A stretch of 64,000 nt of DNA, taken from contig VBFI01000049.1 of NCBI GenBank assembly GCA_005889275.1, positions 7,214 to 71,213 on the forward strand, in the 5' to 3' direction. The translations under genes were made by a program, and so were the position numbers. This DNA comes from Chloroflexota bacterium. Its GTDB lineage: Bacteria > Chloroflexota > Limnocylindria > P2-11E. A model generated the notes under the pieces. The model saw nothing but the letters and a program-made list of their open reading frames with translations, had not been told where the DNA came from and searched no databases. Shown here in pieces: positions 8,448-18,209 of the stretch (the stretch's first letter is position 1; the number at the start of each line of letters is the position of its first letter).

Positions 8448-10028
8448 CTAGACCGCGGCTACTGCTTGAACCACCACTTCTCGACGTTCCAGATCGCGCT
8501 GTACGTCGATGGATCGAAGCTCTGAAACGACCGGGTTCGCGTAGAAGACGTCGTTGAACTGGTCCTTGCCCGACTGACTGGAGTGCCAGATCGAGTATGG
8601 GTCGGGGTCGGCGCCGAGGGACCACCCGATGATGAACCCCTCGTAGTCGGGTCCGGGCTGGGTGCGGTCCAGGAGCGCGTTGAACGACTCGAGCAACGGA
8701 TCGATCTGGATCCCGATGTCCTTGTACTGCGCCTGGGCGAACTGGAGGATCGTCTCGCGGACGTTGTTCCCCTGGTTCGTCTCGATGCGCATCTTCATCG
8801 GCGAGCCGTCCGTCCAGCGGTAGACGCCGTCGGGGCCCATCTTCGCGCCGGCCTGCTCGATGAGCTGCTTCGCCTTCGTCACGTCGCGCGTGTACTTCGT
8901 CAGTCCGGTCTCGTCATAGGCCCACGACACCGGCGGGGTGTGCGCGTAGACCTGGGAACCGAAGCCGAAGACCACCTTGTTCACGATGGCCGGGGCGTCG
9001 ATCCCGTAGGCGAGCGCCTGGCGGACCTGGACGTTCGCGAGCCAGGGCGCCTTCGCGGCCTTCAGGTTCCAGCCGATGTAGTCGTAGGTCGACGTCTTGT
9101 AGCGGTAGAACTTGAGGGCGTCGTTCTTCGAGACCTCGTCGTTGTCCGAGGGATTCACGGCCGTGGAGTACGTGACCTCGCCGACCATGAGCGCGTTCTT
9201 GATCGCGGTCGCGTCGGCGTAGTTCTTCACGATGAGCTCGTCGACGAGCGGCGCGCCGCGGAAATACTTGTCGTTCTTCGTCATCGCGACCTGCACGCCC
9301 GGTTGGAACGACTTGAAGATGAACGGGCCGATCGACGCCGGCGGGTTCATGTTGAACGGGACGTCGTCGATGTTCTTCGTCGTGTCCGTGGTCTTGTTGT
9401 CCCACTGCGCCTTGAACGCCTTGCTTGGGAGGATCCCGCCGGCGCCGGCGCCACCGAGTGCCGCGGTCGCCGGGCAGAAGACCTTCGTGAACTTGATCGT
9501 GACGGTCTTGCCGGCGTTGCTGACCTGGATCCCCTCGATGTTGTCGGTCTTGCCGGCGCGGTAGTCGGCGGCGCCGACGACGTTGTCGAAGGTGCTGCGC
9601 CGGACCGTCTTCTGACTGCGCATGACCGCTTCGGCGGTGTACTTGTAGTCGTCTCCGGTGAACGGATCGCCGTTGCTCCACACGAGGTTGTCGCGGATCG
9701 TGTAGGTCAGCGTCAGCCCGTCCGAGCTGATCTCGAACTTCGACGCGAGGTTCGGCTCGGTCTCGCCGGTCTTGTAGTTCGAACGGGTCAGGCTCAGGTA
9801 GAACCACTGCCAGATTCCGCTCGAGGTCGTGTCGCCCGAGATGACCGGCTGCATCGTCTTCGGGTCGCCGGTCGATCCGATCACCACCCTGCCGCCGGCG
9901 ACCGGCTGCTCCGACGGGCCGGCCGAAGCGCTCGTCGAAGGCCCGCCGGTGGGGGCGCATGCGGTCGCGATCAGCGTGAACACGGTCAGGGCCGCGATGA
10001 CCACTCGTGGGATCCCCTGCTGCCGCAC
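8448..10028 (-). CDS. Family-5 SBP lipoprotein SBP1a (paralog of SBP2) with a C-terminal deletion/frameshift; possible pseudogene
   Basis: N-terminus MRQQGIPRVVIAALTVFTLIATACAPTGG matches SBP2 MQQHRTSRVLIAGLAALTLIATACAPTGG. The C-terminus ends in a non-homologous tail, VQRDLERREVVVQAVAAV. The conserved end WNVEKWWFKQ-stop (SBP2 has WNVHEWWIKK-stop) sits in the +1 frame about 50 codons early. Confidence 0.7.
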   Translation of the reverse strand: MRQQGIPRVVIAALTVFTLIATACAPTGGPSTSASAGPSEQPVAGGRVVIGSTGDPKTMQPVISGDTTSSGIWQWFYLSLTRSNYKTGETEPNLASKFEISSDGLTLTYTIRDNLVWSNGDPFTGDDYKYTAEAVMRSQKTVRRSTFDNVVGAADYRAGKTDNIEGIQVSNAGKTVTIKFTKVFCPATAALGGAGAGGILPSKAFKAQWDNKTTDTTKNIDDVPFNMNPPASIGPFIFKSFQPGVQVAMTKNDKYFRGAPLVDELIVKNYADATAIKNALMVGEVTYSTAVNPSDNDEVSKNDALKFYRYKTSTYDYIGWNLKAAKAPWLANVQVRQALAYGIDAPAIVNKVVFGFGSQVYAHTPPVSWAYDETGLTKYTRDVTKAKQLIEQAGAKMGPDGVYRWTDGSPMKMRIETNQGNNVRETILQFAQAQYKDIGIQIDPLLESFNALLDRTQPGPDYEGFIIGWSLGADPDPYSIWHSSQSGKDQFNDVFYANPVVSELRSIDVQRDLERREVVVQAVAAV

Positions 10029-10075
10029 CCTCCTGCTCCTTTCCTGAGCGAGAAAACGCGAGTCTAGGCAAAGGC
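10029..10075 (-). promoter_or_regulatory. Conserved 5' leader/RBS region of SBP1a, duplicated upstream of SBP2
   Basis: Plus strand ctcctgctcctttcctgagcgagaaaacgcgagtctaggca is nearly identical to 13852-13895, ctcctgctccttttcctgagcgagaacgtcgcgagtctaggca. On the mRNA it includes the AGGAAAGGAGCAGGAG ribosome-binding region. Confidence 0.4.
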
Positions 10076-10166
10076 CGGCTCGGTCGCCGCCCTCATCTAT
10101 ACCCGCGTACGCGCCGCCCCGTTCGCGCGATCACGCGCGCCGAGCGGGCAAGCAAGAAGGATCGGA

Positions 10167-11090
10167 CTAGCGCGACTTGAGGCGCGGGTCGAGCGCGTCG
10201 CGCAGGCCGTCGCCGATGAGGTAGAGGCAGAGCACGGTCAGGAAAATCATCGCCCCGGGCGACACGACGAGCCACGGAGCGCGGTTGAAGTACGAAGACG
10301 CGTTGGTGAGCATGTTGCCCCATGACGGCGTCGGCGGGACGATCCCCAGGCCGAGGTAGCTGAGGGCGGACTCCGCGAGGATGATCGTGCCGACGTCGAT
10401 CGCCGTGAGGACGAAGATGAGCGGAAGGATGTTCGGGAGGATGTGGCGGAGCATGATCCGCCACGGCGTCGCCCCCACCGTCCGAGCGGCGGTGACGAAC
10501 TCGCGCTCGCGAAGCGCGAACGTCTGACCGCGCACGAAGTTCGTGATGCCGGTCCAGAAGACCGCCCCGATGATGATGGTCAAGGTGATCGGGCTCGGCG
10601 CGAAGAGCGCCGCGAAGATGATGAGCAGAAACAGCGTTGGGATCGAGTTCAGCGTGGTGATGAACCAGGTGATGACGTCGTCGATGGCGCCGCGGAAGTA
10701 TCCGGCGACGAGCCCGAGCAGCACGCCGATGGTGAGCTGGATGAAGGCGGCCATGAATCCGACGAACAACGAGACCTGCCCGCCGTAGAAGAGCCGGACC
10801 GCCTGGCTGCGCCCGACCTCGTCGCTGCCGAACACGAATCCCGGCGGGTCGAGGGTCGGCGCCGCGTAAGTGCGGAGGAGATCCTGCTTCTCGAAGGTCG
10901 TGCGGAACACGAGCTCGGCGAGGACCGGAGCGCCGATCGAGAGCACGATGATCGTGCCCAGTACCGCCGCCGCGATCATCGTCAGGCGATCGCGACGCAG
11001 GCGGTACCACGCGGTCGACCAGAGCCCCGCGGAGGCCCGCGGCTCGGGCGCGCCCGCGGCCCGCGCCGCGACCTGCGCGCGGACGGCCAC
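10167..11090 (-). CDS. Peptide/nickel ABC permease, DppC/OppC type (C2)
   Basis: Paralog of C1 (ASAGLWSTAWYRLRRDRLTMIAAAVLG versus ASAGLWSDALWRLRHDPTTLIALAVIV). Likely GTG start at 11090-11088, overlapping the B2 stop. The longer track ORF is upstream read-through. Confidence 0.8.
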   Translation of the reverse strand: MAVRAQVAARAAGAPEPRASAGLWSTAWYRLRRDRLTMIAAAVLGTIIVLSIGAPVLAELVFRTTFEKQDLLRTYAAPTLDPPGFVFGSDEVGRSQAVRLFYGGQVSLFVGFMAAFIQLTIGVLLGLVAGYFRGAIDDVITWFITTLNSIPTLFLLIIFAALFAPSPITLTIIIGAVFWTGITNFVRGQTFALREREFVTAARTVGATPWRIMLRHILPNILPLIFVLTAIDVGTIILAESALSYLGLGIVPPTPSWGNMLTNASSYFNRAPWLVVSPGAMIFLTVLCLYLIGDGLRDALDPRLKSR

Positions 11091-12049
11091 TATTTCACCT
11101 TGATGCGCGGATCCACGATCGCGTAGGCGACGTCCCGGATCAGATAGCTCAGCACGAGGAGCGTGCTCGCGACCATCACGCCCGCCATGATCACCGGGTA
11201 GTCGCGGCTCCGCGCCGCGGCGTAGGTGAACTGGCCCACGCCCGGCCACGTGAAGACCTGCTCGACGACGAGCGCTCCGGAGACCAGGACGGCGAGGATG
11301 CCACCGAGTGCCGTGACCATGGGGATGAGCGCGTTGCGCAGCGCGTGGACGTACACGACCGTCCGCTCGCCGAGCCCCTTCGCGTGCGCGGTGCGGACGT
11401 AGTCCTGCGAGATGACGTCGAGGGTCTCGGTGCGCAGATAGCGCGAGTAGTTCGCGATCCCCGCGAGAGCGAGGACGAACGAGGGCATGATGATGTGGCG
11501 TATTCGGTCGGGGACGTCCCAGATGTCCTTGCCGACGGTGAGCACCCCCTGGCTCGGCAGCAGGCGCAGCGTGACCGACACGAGGATGATCGCCATGAGG
11601 CCGAGCCAGAACTGCGGGATCGCGTGCCCGATGACGCCGAAGACGCGGATGACGTTGTCGACCCAGCTGCCGCGCCGGAGCGCCGCCATGACCCCGAGCG
11701 GTATCCCGATGGCGAGCTGAAGGAAGAGGGCGGTGAACGCGAGCTGCAGCGTCGCGCCCATGCGCTCGAAAAGCAGTCCGAGCGCGGGCTGGTGGTACTG
11801 GAGCGACATGCCGAAGTCGCCGCGTACGACCTTGGTGATCCAGCTCACGTACTGGATCCAGAGCGGCTGGTCCAGCCCGTAGTACGCGCGAAGCCCCTGG
11901 ATGTCTTCTTCGGTCACGTTCAGCGCGCCGAAGGTGTAGAGGCGTACGGGATCACCCGGGGCGAGCCGCGTGACGAGGAACACGATGATCGAGATGCCGA
12001 GGAGCGTGGGAATCGCGTAGAGGAGCCTCCGCAGGACGTATTTCCACAT
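11090..12049 (-). CDS. Peptide/nickel ABC permease, DppB/OppB type (B2)
   Basis: 319 aa, MWKYVLRRLLYAIPTLLGISIIVFLVTRLAPGDP...; canonical DppB architecture. Confidence 0.88.
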   Translation of the reverse strand: MWKYVLRRLLYAIPTLLGISIIVFLVTRLAPGDPVRLYTFGALNVTEEDIQGLRAYYGLDQPLWIQYVSWITKVVRGDFGMSLQYHQPALGLLFERMGATLQLAFTALFLQLAIGIPLGVMAALRRGSWVDNVIRVFGVIGHAIPQFWLGLMAIILVSVTLRLLPSQGVLTVGKDIWDVPDRIRHIIMPSFVLALAGIANYSRYLRTETLDVISQDYVRTAHAKGLGERTVVYVHALRNALIPMVTALGGILAVLVSGALVVEQVFTWPGVGQFTYAAARSRDYPVIMAGVMVASTLLVLSYLIRDVAYAIVDPRIKVK

Positions 12050-12124
12050 CTGGGCTGAGACCTCCCGACGACAGAGGGGCGGTGGCCGAACGCCACCGCC
12101 CCAGGTCGTCCGATCAGCGCGTCG

Positions 12125-13849
12125 CTATTTCTTGATCCACCACTCGTGCACGTTCCAGTCGCCGTTCGGGCTGAACGAGCCCGTGAGGACTCCCCGCATC
12201 CTCGCGTCGAGGGCGAGGATCCGGTTGTCGGAGACCCCGAACATGTACGGCACGTCGTCGTTCAGGATCTTGTTCATCTGCTGGTAGACGCTCTGACGCG
12301 CCGCCTGCGTGCAGTCGGGCCCGTTCCGCCCCTGGTCGATCAGCTTGTCGACGGCGGGGTTGTTGTAGCCGACGAAGTTGTTCCCCGCCTTGGTGGGGCT
12401 CGCGACGTTGCTCGAGTGCCAGATCGTGAACGGGTCGGGATCGGCCGAGAGCTGCCAGCCGATGATCACGGCCTCGACCTCGGGGGATCCGCCCGTGAGC
12501 TTCGGGACGAGCGCGGTGAAGTCCTCGAGCTTCGGCGTGATCTTCACGCCGATCTGCTTGTACTGCTCGACGGCGACCTGCAGGAAGGTCTCGCGGGTCT
12601 TGTTGCCCTGGTTCGTCACGATCGTGATCGCCAGCGGCTTGCCGTCCTTCGCGTAGAAGCCGTCGGAGCCCTTCGTGTAGCCGGCCTGCTTGATCAGGTC
12701 CTCGGCCTTCGCCTTGTCGTACGTGTAGGCGTTCAGCTGGGCGGCCGGCGCCGACGCCCAGGCGGCCGGTGGGTGATGGGCGAGCTGCTTGGTGCCCTCG
12801 CCGAAGTACACCGCCTTCACGATCTCGTCGGTGTTGATGCCGTACGAGAGCGCCTGGCGAATCCGCTTGTCACCGAGGAACGCCACGTTCGCGTTGTTCG
12901 TCCGCCAACCGATGTACGTGTAGCCGTTGTTCGCCCACTTGTAGAGCTTCAGGTTGTCGGCCTTCGACAGATCGGCCACGTCGCTGGGCTGGATGAGGCC
13001 GGCGGTGACCTCGCCGGTCTTCAGCTGCGCCGCGAGCACGGTCGAGTCGGCGACCACCTTCTGCACCCACTCGTCGAGGAGCGGGACGCCCTTCCAGTAC
13101 GTGTCGTTGCGGCTGAGGATGACCTGGTCACCCTTCCGCCATTCCTTGAACTTGAACGGGCCGCTCGCCACCGGCGGGGCGTTGTTCTCGGCCGCCTCGT
13201 CCACGGTCTTCGAGGGGTCGTTGTCCACGGTGTACTTGCCGAAGATGTGCTCCGGCATCGGAGCCGCACCGAAGACGTTCGCGAGCGCCGGGCAGAAGAT
13301 CCGGGTGAACTTCACCGTGAACTTCTTGGGGTTCGCTGTATCGATCGTGATCCCGGAGATGCTCGTGGCCTTGCCGGTCGAATAGTCCTGGTATCCCTCG
13401 ACGTCGTTGAACACGCTCTTGTTCGGGGTGACCTTGCTGCGCCCCTGCATCTTCACCCGCGCGAGGAAGTCATTCGCGATGATCGGCTTGCCGTCGGACC
13501 AATTCGCCTTCGCGTCGATGGTCCAGCTGAACGTGAGGCCATCGGAGCTGACGGTCCAGCTGCCGAGCCACGGCTTGATCTCGCCCGTTTGGTAGTCGGC
13601 GATGATGAGCGAGTCGTAGATCTTGCCGCTCACTCGCGACGACGTCGCGTCGTTGGACGTCGCGGGATTCAGCCGCTGGATGTCCGCGAAGTCTCCGTAG
13701 ATGACCCGGCCACCGGCGACCGGCTTCTCGTCCGGCGCGGTGGTGCCCGTGGTCTGGCCTCCGCCGCCGGTCGGCGCGCACGCCGTCGCGATGAGCGTGA
13801 GCGCCGCGAGGCCCGCGATGAGGACACGGCTCGTGCGATGCTGCTGCAT
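12125..13849 (-). CDS. Family-5 SBP lipoprotein SBP2 (full length)
   Basis: 574 aa with lipobox LIATAC. Ends ...GDWNVHEWWIKK. Confidence 0.88.
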   Translation of the reverse strand: MQQHRTSRVLIAGLAALTLIATACAPTGGGGQTTGTTAPDEKPVAGGRVIYGDFADIQRLNPATSNDATSSRVSGKIYDSLIIADYQTGEIKPWLGSWTVSSDGLTFSWTIDAKANWSDGKPIIANDFLARVKMQGRSKVTPNKSVFNDVEGYQDYSTGKATSISGITIDTANPKKFTVKFTRIFCPALANVFGAAPMPEHIFGKYTVDNDPSKTVDEAAENNAPPVASGPFKFKEWRKGDQVILSRNDTYWKGVPLLDEWVQKVVADSTVLAAQLKTGEVTAGLIQPSDVADLSKADNLKLYKWANNGYTYIGWRTNNANVAFLGDKRIRQALSYGINTDEIVKAVYFGEGTKQLAHHPPAAWASAPAAQLNAYTYDKAKAEDLIKQAGYTKGSDGFYAKDGKPLAITIVTNQGNKTRETFLQVAVEQYKQIGVKITPKLEDFTALVPKLTGGSPEVEAVIIGWQLSADPDPFTIWHSSNVASPTKAGNNFVGYNNPAVDKLIDQGRNGPDCTQAARQSVYQQMNKILNDDVPYMFGVSDNRILALDARMRGVLTGSFSPNGDWNVHEWWIKK

Positions 13850-13851
13850 GC

Positions 13852-13895
13852 CCCTCTCCTGCTCCTTTTCCTGAGCGAGAACGTCGCGAGTCTAG
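13852..13895 (-). promoter_or_regulatory. Conserved 5' leader/RBS of SBP2 (copy of the SBP1a leader)
   Basis: See 10029-10075; about 40 nt near-identical. Confidence 0.4.
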
Positions 13896-13988
13896 GCAGG
13901 GCCCGCCCGCACGGCAGAACCCCCCACAGCTATACCGGCGGCCGGCCGGCCGCGTTCGGATGAAGCGGCGCGCGCGACCGCTTGCTGA

Positions 13989-15038
13989 CTAGGCGCCCGG
14001 GAAGTGGCAGGCAGCCCAGTGACGCGGCTCGTGCTCGATGAACTCGGGGTCCACCTCCGAGCAGATCTGCTGCGCCTTCCAGCAACGGGTGTGGAAACGG
14101 CAGCCGGATGGAGGGTTCACCGGTGATGGCACGTCGCCGGTGAGGATGATCCGCTTGCGCTTCGACTCGACCGCCGGGTCCGGGATCGGCACGGCGGAGA
14201 GGAGCGCCTGGCTGTACGGATGGAGCGGCCGCTCGTAGAGGTCGACGCGGTCGGCGAGCTCGACGATCTTGCCGAGATACATGACCGCGACGCGGTCGCT
14301 GATGTGGCGCACCACGGACAGGTCGTGGGCGATGAACAGGTATGTGAGCTTGAACCGGTCCTGCAGCTCCTCGAGCAGGTTGATGACCTGCGCCTGGATG
14401 GAGACGTCGAGCGCGGAGATCGGCTCGTCGCACACGATGAACTCGGGCTCGACCGCGAGCGCGCGGGCGATCCCGATCCGCTGCCGCTGGCCGCCGGAGA
14501 ACTCGTGCGGGTAGCGGTTCGTGAAGTACGGGTTGAGACCGACGACGCGGAGGAGCTCCTGCACGCGTTCGGTCTTCTCGTGGCCCTTCGCGAGGTTGTG
14601 CACCTCGAGAGGCTCTCCGATGATGTTCCCGACGGTCATCCGCGGGTTCAGCGAAGCGTACGGGTCCTGGAAGATCATCTGCAGCCGGCGGCGCATCTTG
14701 CGCATCTGCTCGCCACCGAGCTTCGTCAGCTCGACGCCGTCGAAGACCACCGCGCCGGCGGTGGGCTTGTAGAGCTGGAGGATCGCGCGGCCGGTCGTGG
14801 ACTTGCCGCAGCCGGACTCGCCGACCAGACCGAGCGTCTCGCCCTTCTCGACGAAGAAGTCGATCCCGTCGACGGCGCGGACGGCGCCGACCTGACGCTG
14901 GAAGATGATCCCCTGCGTGAGCGGGAAGTGCATCTTGAGCGCCTTCACCTCGAGCAGGTTCTTCCCGCTTCCCGCGGTCGCGGTGCTTCGGACGCGCGTG
15001 AACTCCGCGTCCGAGGGCGGTGGTGTCGTTACGGCCAT
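13989..15038 (-). CDS. Oligopeptide/dipeptide ABC transporter ATP-binding protein, DppF/OppF type
   Basis: 349 aa. Walker [10 protein letters not shown], signature [15 protein letters not shown], and an oligopeptide C-terminal domain with CRFHTRC. Confidence 0.88.
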   Translation of the reverse strand: MAVTTPPPSDAEFTRVRSTATAGSGKNLLEVKALKMHFPLTQGIIFQRQVGAVRAVDGIDFFVEKGETLGLVGESGCGKSTTGRAILQLYKPTAGAVVFDGVELTKLGGEQMRKMRRRLQMIFQDPYASLNPRMTVGNIIGEPLEVHNLAKGHEKTERVQELLRVVGLNPYFTNRYPHEFSGGQRQRIGIARALAVEPEFIVCDEPISALDVSIQAQVINLLEELQDRFKLTYLFIAHDLSVVRHISDRVAVMYLGKIVELADRVDLYERPLHPYSQALLSAVPIPDPAVESKRKRIILTGDVPSPVNPPSGCRFHTRCWKAQQICSEVDPEFIEHEPRHWAACHFPGA

Positions 15039-15050
15039 TGCTGCACCCCT

Positions 15051-16181
15051 CTAGTTCACCGGCGACGGCGGCGGGAGCGGCGGCTCCTCACCGTCCTTCT
15101 TCGTTTCGGCCGGAAGATCCGCGACTTCCTTCTTGATCTCCTCGATCACGCGGGTATCGCCGATCTCACGATGCCAGTCGGTGTCCACGAGCCACCCGCC
15201 CTCCTGCGTCCCCCAGCAGCGCGCCTCGTGGTCGGGCTTGGCGTTCGGGATCCGCTTGAGCTCCGGCTCCTTCTCTTTGCAGACGTCGCGCCGGTACTGA
15301 CAGCGCGGCTCGAAACGGCACCCCGGCGGCGGGGCGATCAGGTCCGGGGGGAGACCCTCGATCGGGACCAGCTTCGCCTTGCGGTGTTCGTCGAGGCGTG
15401 GGATCGAGCGAAGGAGGCCCCATGTGTACGGCATCTTCGGGTTGGCGAAGAGCTCGGCGGTGTCCGCCTTCTCGACGATCTTGCCGCCGTACATGACGTG
15501 GATGCGCTGGGTCATGCCGGCGACGACCCCGAGGTCGTGGGTGATGAGGATGAAGGCCGTGCGGAATTCCCGCGCGAGGTTCTTCAGCAGGTCGAGGATC
15601 TGTGCCTGAATGGTGACGTCGAGGGCCGTCGTCGGCTCGTCGGCGAGGATCAGCTTGGGGTTGCACGAAAGGGCCATCGCGATCATGACGCGCTGACGCA
15701 TGCCCCCCGAAAACTGGTGGGGGTAGTCGTCGAGCCGCTTCTTCGCGCTCGGGATGCCGACGAGATCCAGCAGCTCGATGGTGCGCTTGCGGGCTTCGCT
15801 CTTGTCCATCTTGAGATGCAGCTCGAGCGCCTCGGAGATCTGCCGGCTGATCGTGAGCACCGGATTCAGGCTCGTCATGGGGTCCTGGAAGATCATCGCG
15901 ATGTTGTTGCCGCGGATGCCCCGGACCTCGTCGTCGTCCATCTTCAGGACGTCCTGACCGTCGAAGACGATCGATCCTTCCGTGATCCGCCCAGGCGGCT
16001 GCGGGATGAGGCGCATGAGCGAGAGCGCGGTGACCGACTTCCCGCAGCCGGATTCGCCGACGAGGCCGAGCGTCTCGCCGGCCTCGAGGTGGAACGTCAC
16101 GCCGTCGACGGCGTGCACCACGCCGTCGCGCGTGAAGAACTGCGTGTGCAGGTCCTTGACGTCTAAGAGCTGCTGGGCCAC
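15051..16181 (-). CDS. Oligopeptide/dipeptide ABC transporter ATP-binding protein, DppD/OppD type, with a C-terminal extension of about 55 aa
   Basis: 376 aa. [32 protein letters not shown]; then an extra tail ...WLVDTDWHREIGDTRVIEEIKKEVADLPAETKKDGEEPPLPPPSPVN. Confidence 0.85.
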   Translation of the reverse strand: MAQQLLDVKDLHTQFFTRDGVVHAVDGVTFHLEAGETLGLVGESGCGKSVTALSLMRLIPQPPGRITEGSIVFDGQDVLKMDDDEVRGIRGNNIAMIFQDPMTSLNPVLTISRQISEALELHLKMDKSEARKRTIELLDLVGIPSAKKRLDDYPHQFSGGMRQRVMIAMALSCNPKLILADEPTTALDVTIQAQILDLLKNLAREFRTAFILITHDLGVVAGMTQRIHVMYGGKIVEKADTAELFANPKMPYTWGLLRSIPRLDEHRKAKLVPIEGLPPDLIAPPPGCRFEPRCQYRRDVCKEKEPELKRIPNAKPDHEARCWGTQEGGWLVDTDWHREIGDTRVIEEIKKEVADLPAETKKDGEEPPLPPPSPVN

Positions 16182-16226
16182 CGCTCCCCACCGCCCCGCC
16201 AGAATTCCGCGCAGTCTAGCAACGCT

Positions 16227-17189
16227 TTAGATCTTCATCCGTGGATCGAGGGCGTCCCGGAGGCCGTCGCCGACGAAGGTGAAGGCCAGCAGGATGATCG
16301 AGATGCAGAAAGCCGGGAGCAGAACCGGCCACGGCGTCGCCTGGAAGACGATGAATCCTTCGTTGATCATCGCGCCCCAGGTGGGCGTCGGAGGCCGTAC
16401 CCCGATCCCGAGGAAGGAGAGCGTCGCCTCGGTCAGCATGGCGCCCGGGATGGCGAACGCGAGCGAAACGATCACCGGGGCGAGCACGTTCGGGAAGAGG
16501 TGCCGGATCATGATCCGCACCGGGGTCGCGCCGATGGCCCGAGCCGCTTCGATGAACTCGCGGTGTTTCAGCGAGAGCACTTGACCGCGAATGAGCCGGG
16601 CGAGGCCGACCCAGTTCACGATCGCGAGCGCCACGAAGATGAGGAGGAGCCCGTCCATGGCCGTCCCGAGCTCCGTCCCGCGGAGCGTCGCGACGATGAT
16701 GATCACGAAAAGGAGATCGGGGAACGCGTAGATGATGTCGGTGAAGCGCATGAGGAGGTTGTCGACCCAACCGCCGACGTAGCCCGAGACCATGCCGATG
16801 CTCGCTCCGACGACGAAGATCACCGCGACGGGGACGAATCCGACGATGAGGCTCACGCGCGTCCCGTACATGAGCCGGGTCAGGATGTCCCGGCCAAGCT
16901 CGTCCGAACCGAGGAGATAGCCGGAGTCGGTGAACTGGCTACCGAACCACCTCGTCCAGATGGGCTCCATGAGCTGCTTCGGAGTGTTTTGCTGGATCGG
17001 GGAGTACGGGGCGATGATCGGGGCGAAGATCGCGACGAACGCGGCGAAGACGATCACCGCGAGCCCGGCGATCGCCGCCCGATTACGAAAGAGGCGCCAT
17101 ACCGCGTCGCGCCAGAGGGACCGCTGCTTGCGGGCGGCCAGATCGTGCTGGGCGGCCTGTCTGCGGGTGCTGACCGCCGTCGTCGCCAT
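16227..17189 (-). CDS. Peptide/nickel ABC permease, DppC/OppC type (C3)
   Basis: 320 aa. Permease signature AIVNWVGLARLIRGQVLSLKHREFIEAARAIG. Confidence 0.88.
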   Translation of the reverse strand: MATTAVSTRRQAAQHDLAARKQRSLWRDAVWRLFRNRAAIAGLAVIVFAAFVAIFAPIIAPYSPIQQNTPKQLMEPIWTRWFGSQFTDSGYLLGSDELGRDILTRLMYGTRVSLIVGFVPVAVIFVVGASIGMVSGYVGGWVDNLLMRFTDIIYAFPDLLFVIIIVATLRGTELGTAMDGLLLIFVALAIVNWVGLARLIRGQVLSLKHREFIEAARAIGATPVRIMIRHLFPNVLAPVIVSLAFAIPGAMLTEATLSFLGIGVRPPTPTWGAMINEGFIVFQATPWPVLLPAFCISIILLAFTFVGDGLRDALDPRMKI

Positions 17190-18145
17190 CAGCTGACCTT
17201 GATCCGCGGGTCGAGCGCGCCGTACACGATGTCGACGGTGATGTTCGCGATCATGATCACGAAGGCGTAGAGCAGCGTCGTCGACATGATCATCGGATAG
17301 TCGCGCTGGTTGATGCTGATGACGTACAGCCGGCCGATGCCCGGCACGTTGAAGAGCGATTCGATGATGAACGATCCGGTGATGAGGCCCGCGGTGGCCG
17401 GCCCGATGATCGTGGCCACCGGGATGAGCGCGTTCTTGAGCGCGTGCCCGACGATGACCGACTGCTCCCGCAGGCCCTTCGCGCGCGCGGTCCGCACGTA
17501 GTCCTGGCGGATCGCCTCGAGCATGCTCGCCCGCGTGATGCGGGTGAGGAACGCGCCCGGCGCGAGCGCGAGAACGAACGTGGGCATGACCATGTGCTGC
17601 CAGGTGCCCCAGCCGACGAACGGCAGGAGGTGCAGCGACGCGCCGAGGACGTAGATGAGGAAGATGGCGGTGACGAAGCTCGGAATCGTCGTACCGATCG
17701 TCGCGATCAGCAGGCTCAGATAGTCGAGCGGCGTGTTCTGCTTCAGGGCGCTGACGATGCCGAGCGGGATCGAGAACGCGAGGGCCACGATGAGGGCCTG
17801 GACGCCGAGCTGCGCGGTCGTTCCGATCCCCTGTCCGATGAGGTCGACGACGGGTCGTCCGCGAGTGAAGCTCAGGCCGAGATCACCGCGGAGAAGGTTC
17901 CCGATGTAGTCGACGAACTGGACCGGTATCGGCTGGTCGATGCCGTAGTAGCGGTTGATCTTGTCGAGCTGCTCCTGCGGGAGCGGGCGATTCTCGTTGC
18001 GATCGAAGGGACTCCCGGGTGCGAGGTGCGCCAGCGAGAAGGTGATGAGCGCGACGAAGAACATCGTCGGAATGATCAGGAGGAGTCGGCGAATGACGTA
18101 TCTGAGCACTGCCTTGAGTCCGAGTGTATAGCCCGAAACGTCCAA
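17189..18145 (-). CDS. Peptide/nickel ABC permease, DppB/OppB type (B3)
   Basis: 318 aa, ...VLRYVIRRLLLIIPTMFFVALITFSLAHLAPGSPF.... Confidence 0.88.
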   Translation of the reverse strand: MDVSGYTLGLKAVLRYVIRRLLLIIPTMFFVALITFSLAHLAPGSPFDRNENRPLPQEQLDKINRYYGIDQPIPVQFVDYIGNLLRGDLGLSFTRGRPVVDLIGQGIGTTAQLGVQALIVALAFSIPLGIVSALKQNTPLDYLSLLIATIGTTIPSFVTAIFLIYVLGASLHLLPFVGWGTWQHMVMPTFVLALAPGAFLTRITRASMLEAIRQDYVRTARAKGLREQSVIVGHALKNALIPVATIIGPATAGLITGSFIIESLFNVPGIGRLYVISINQRDYPMIMSTTLLYAFVIMIANITVDIVYGALDPRIKVS

Positions 18146-18209
18146 AGTGCGTCGTGCAAAACAAAAGGGGCCGGCTCGCGCCGGCCCCTTTTTGTCGACT
18201 CGAAGAGCG

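Noticed and set aside
8583-10067. 494-aa plus-strand ORF, and the 385-aa minus ORF at 8914-10071
   Set aside because: Alternative frames over SBP1a. Only the 8448-10028 frame gives lipoprotein-SBP sequence.
12146-13963. 605-aa plus-strand ORF
   Set aside because: Antisense to SBP2.
14220-16166. 648-aa plus-strand ORF
   Set aside because: Antisense to the dppF/dppD ATPase genes, whose Walker motifs are unambiguous on the minus strand.
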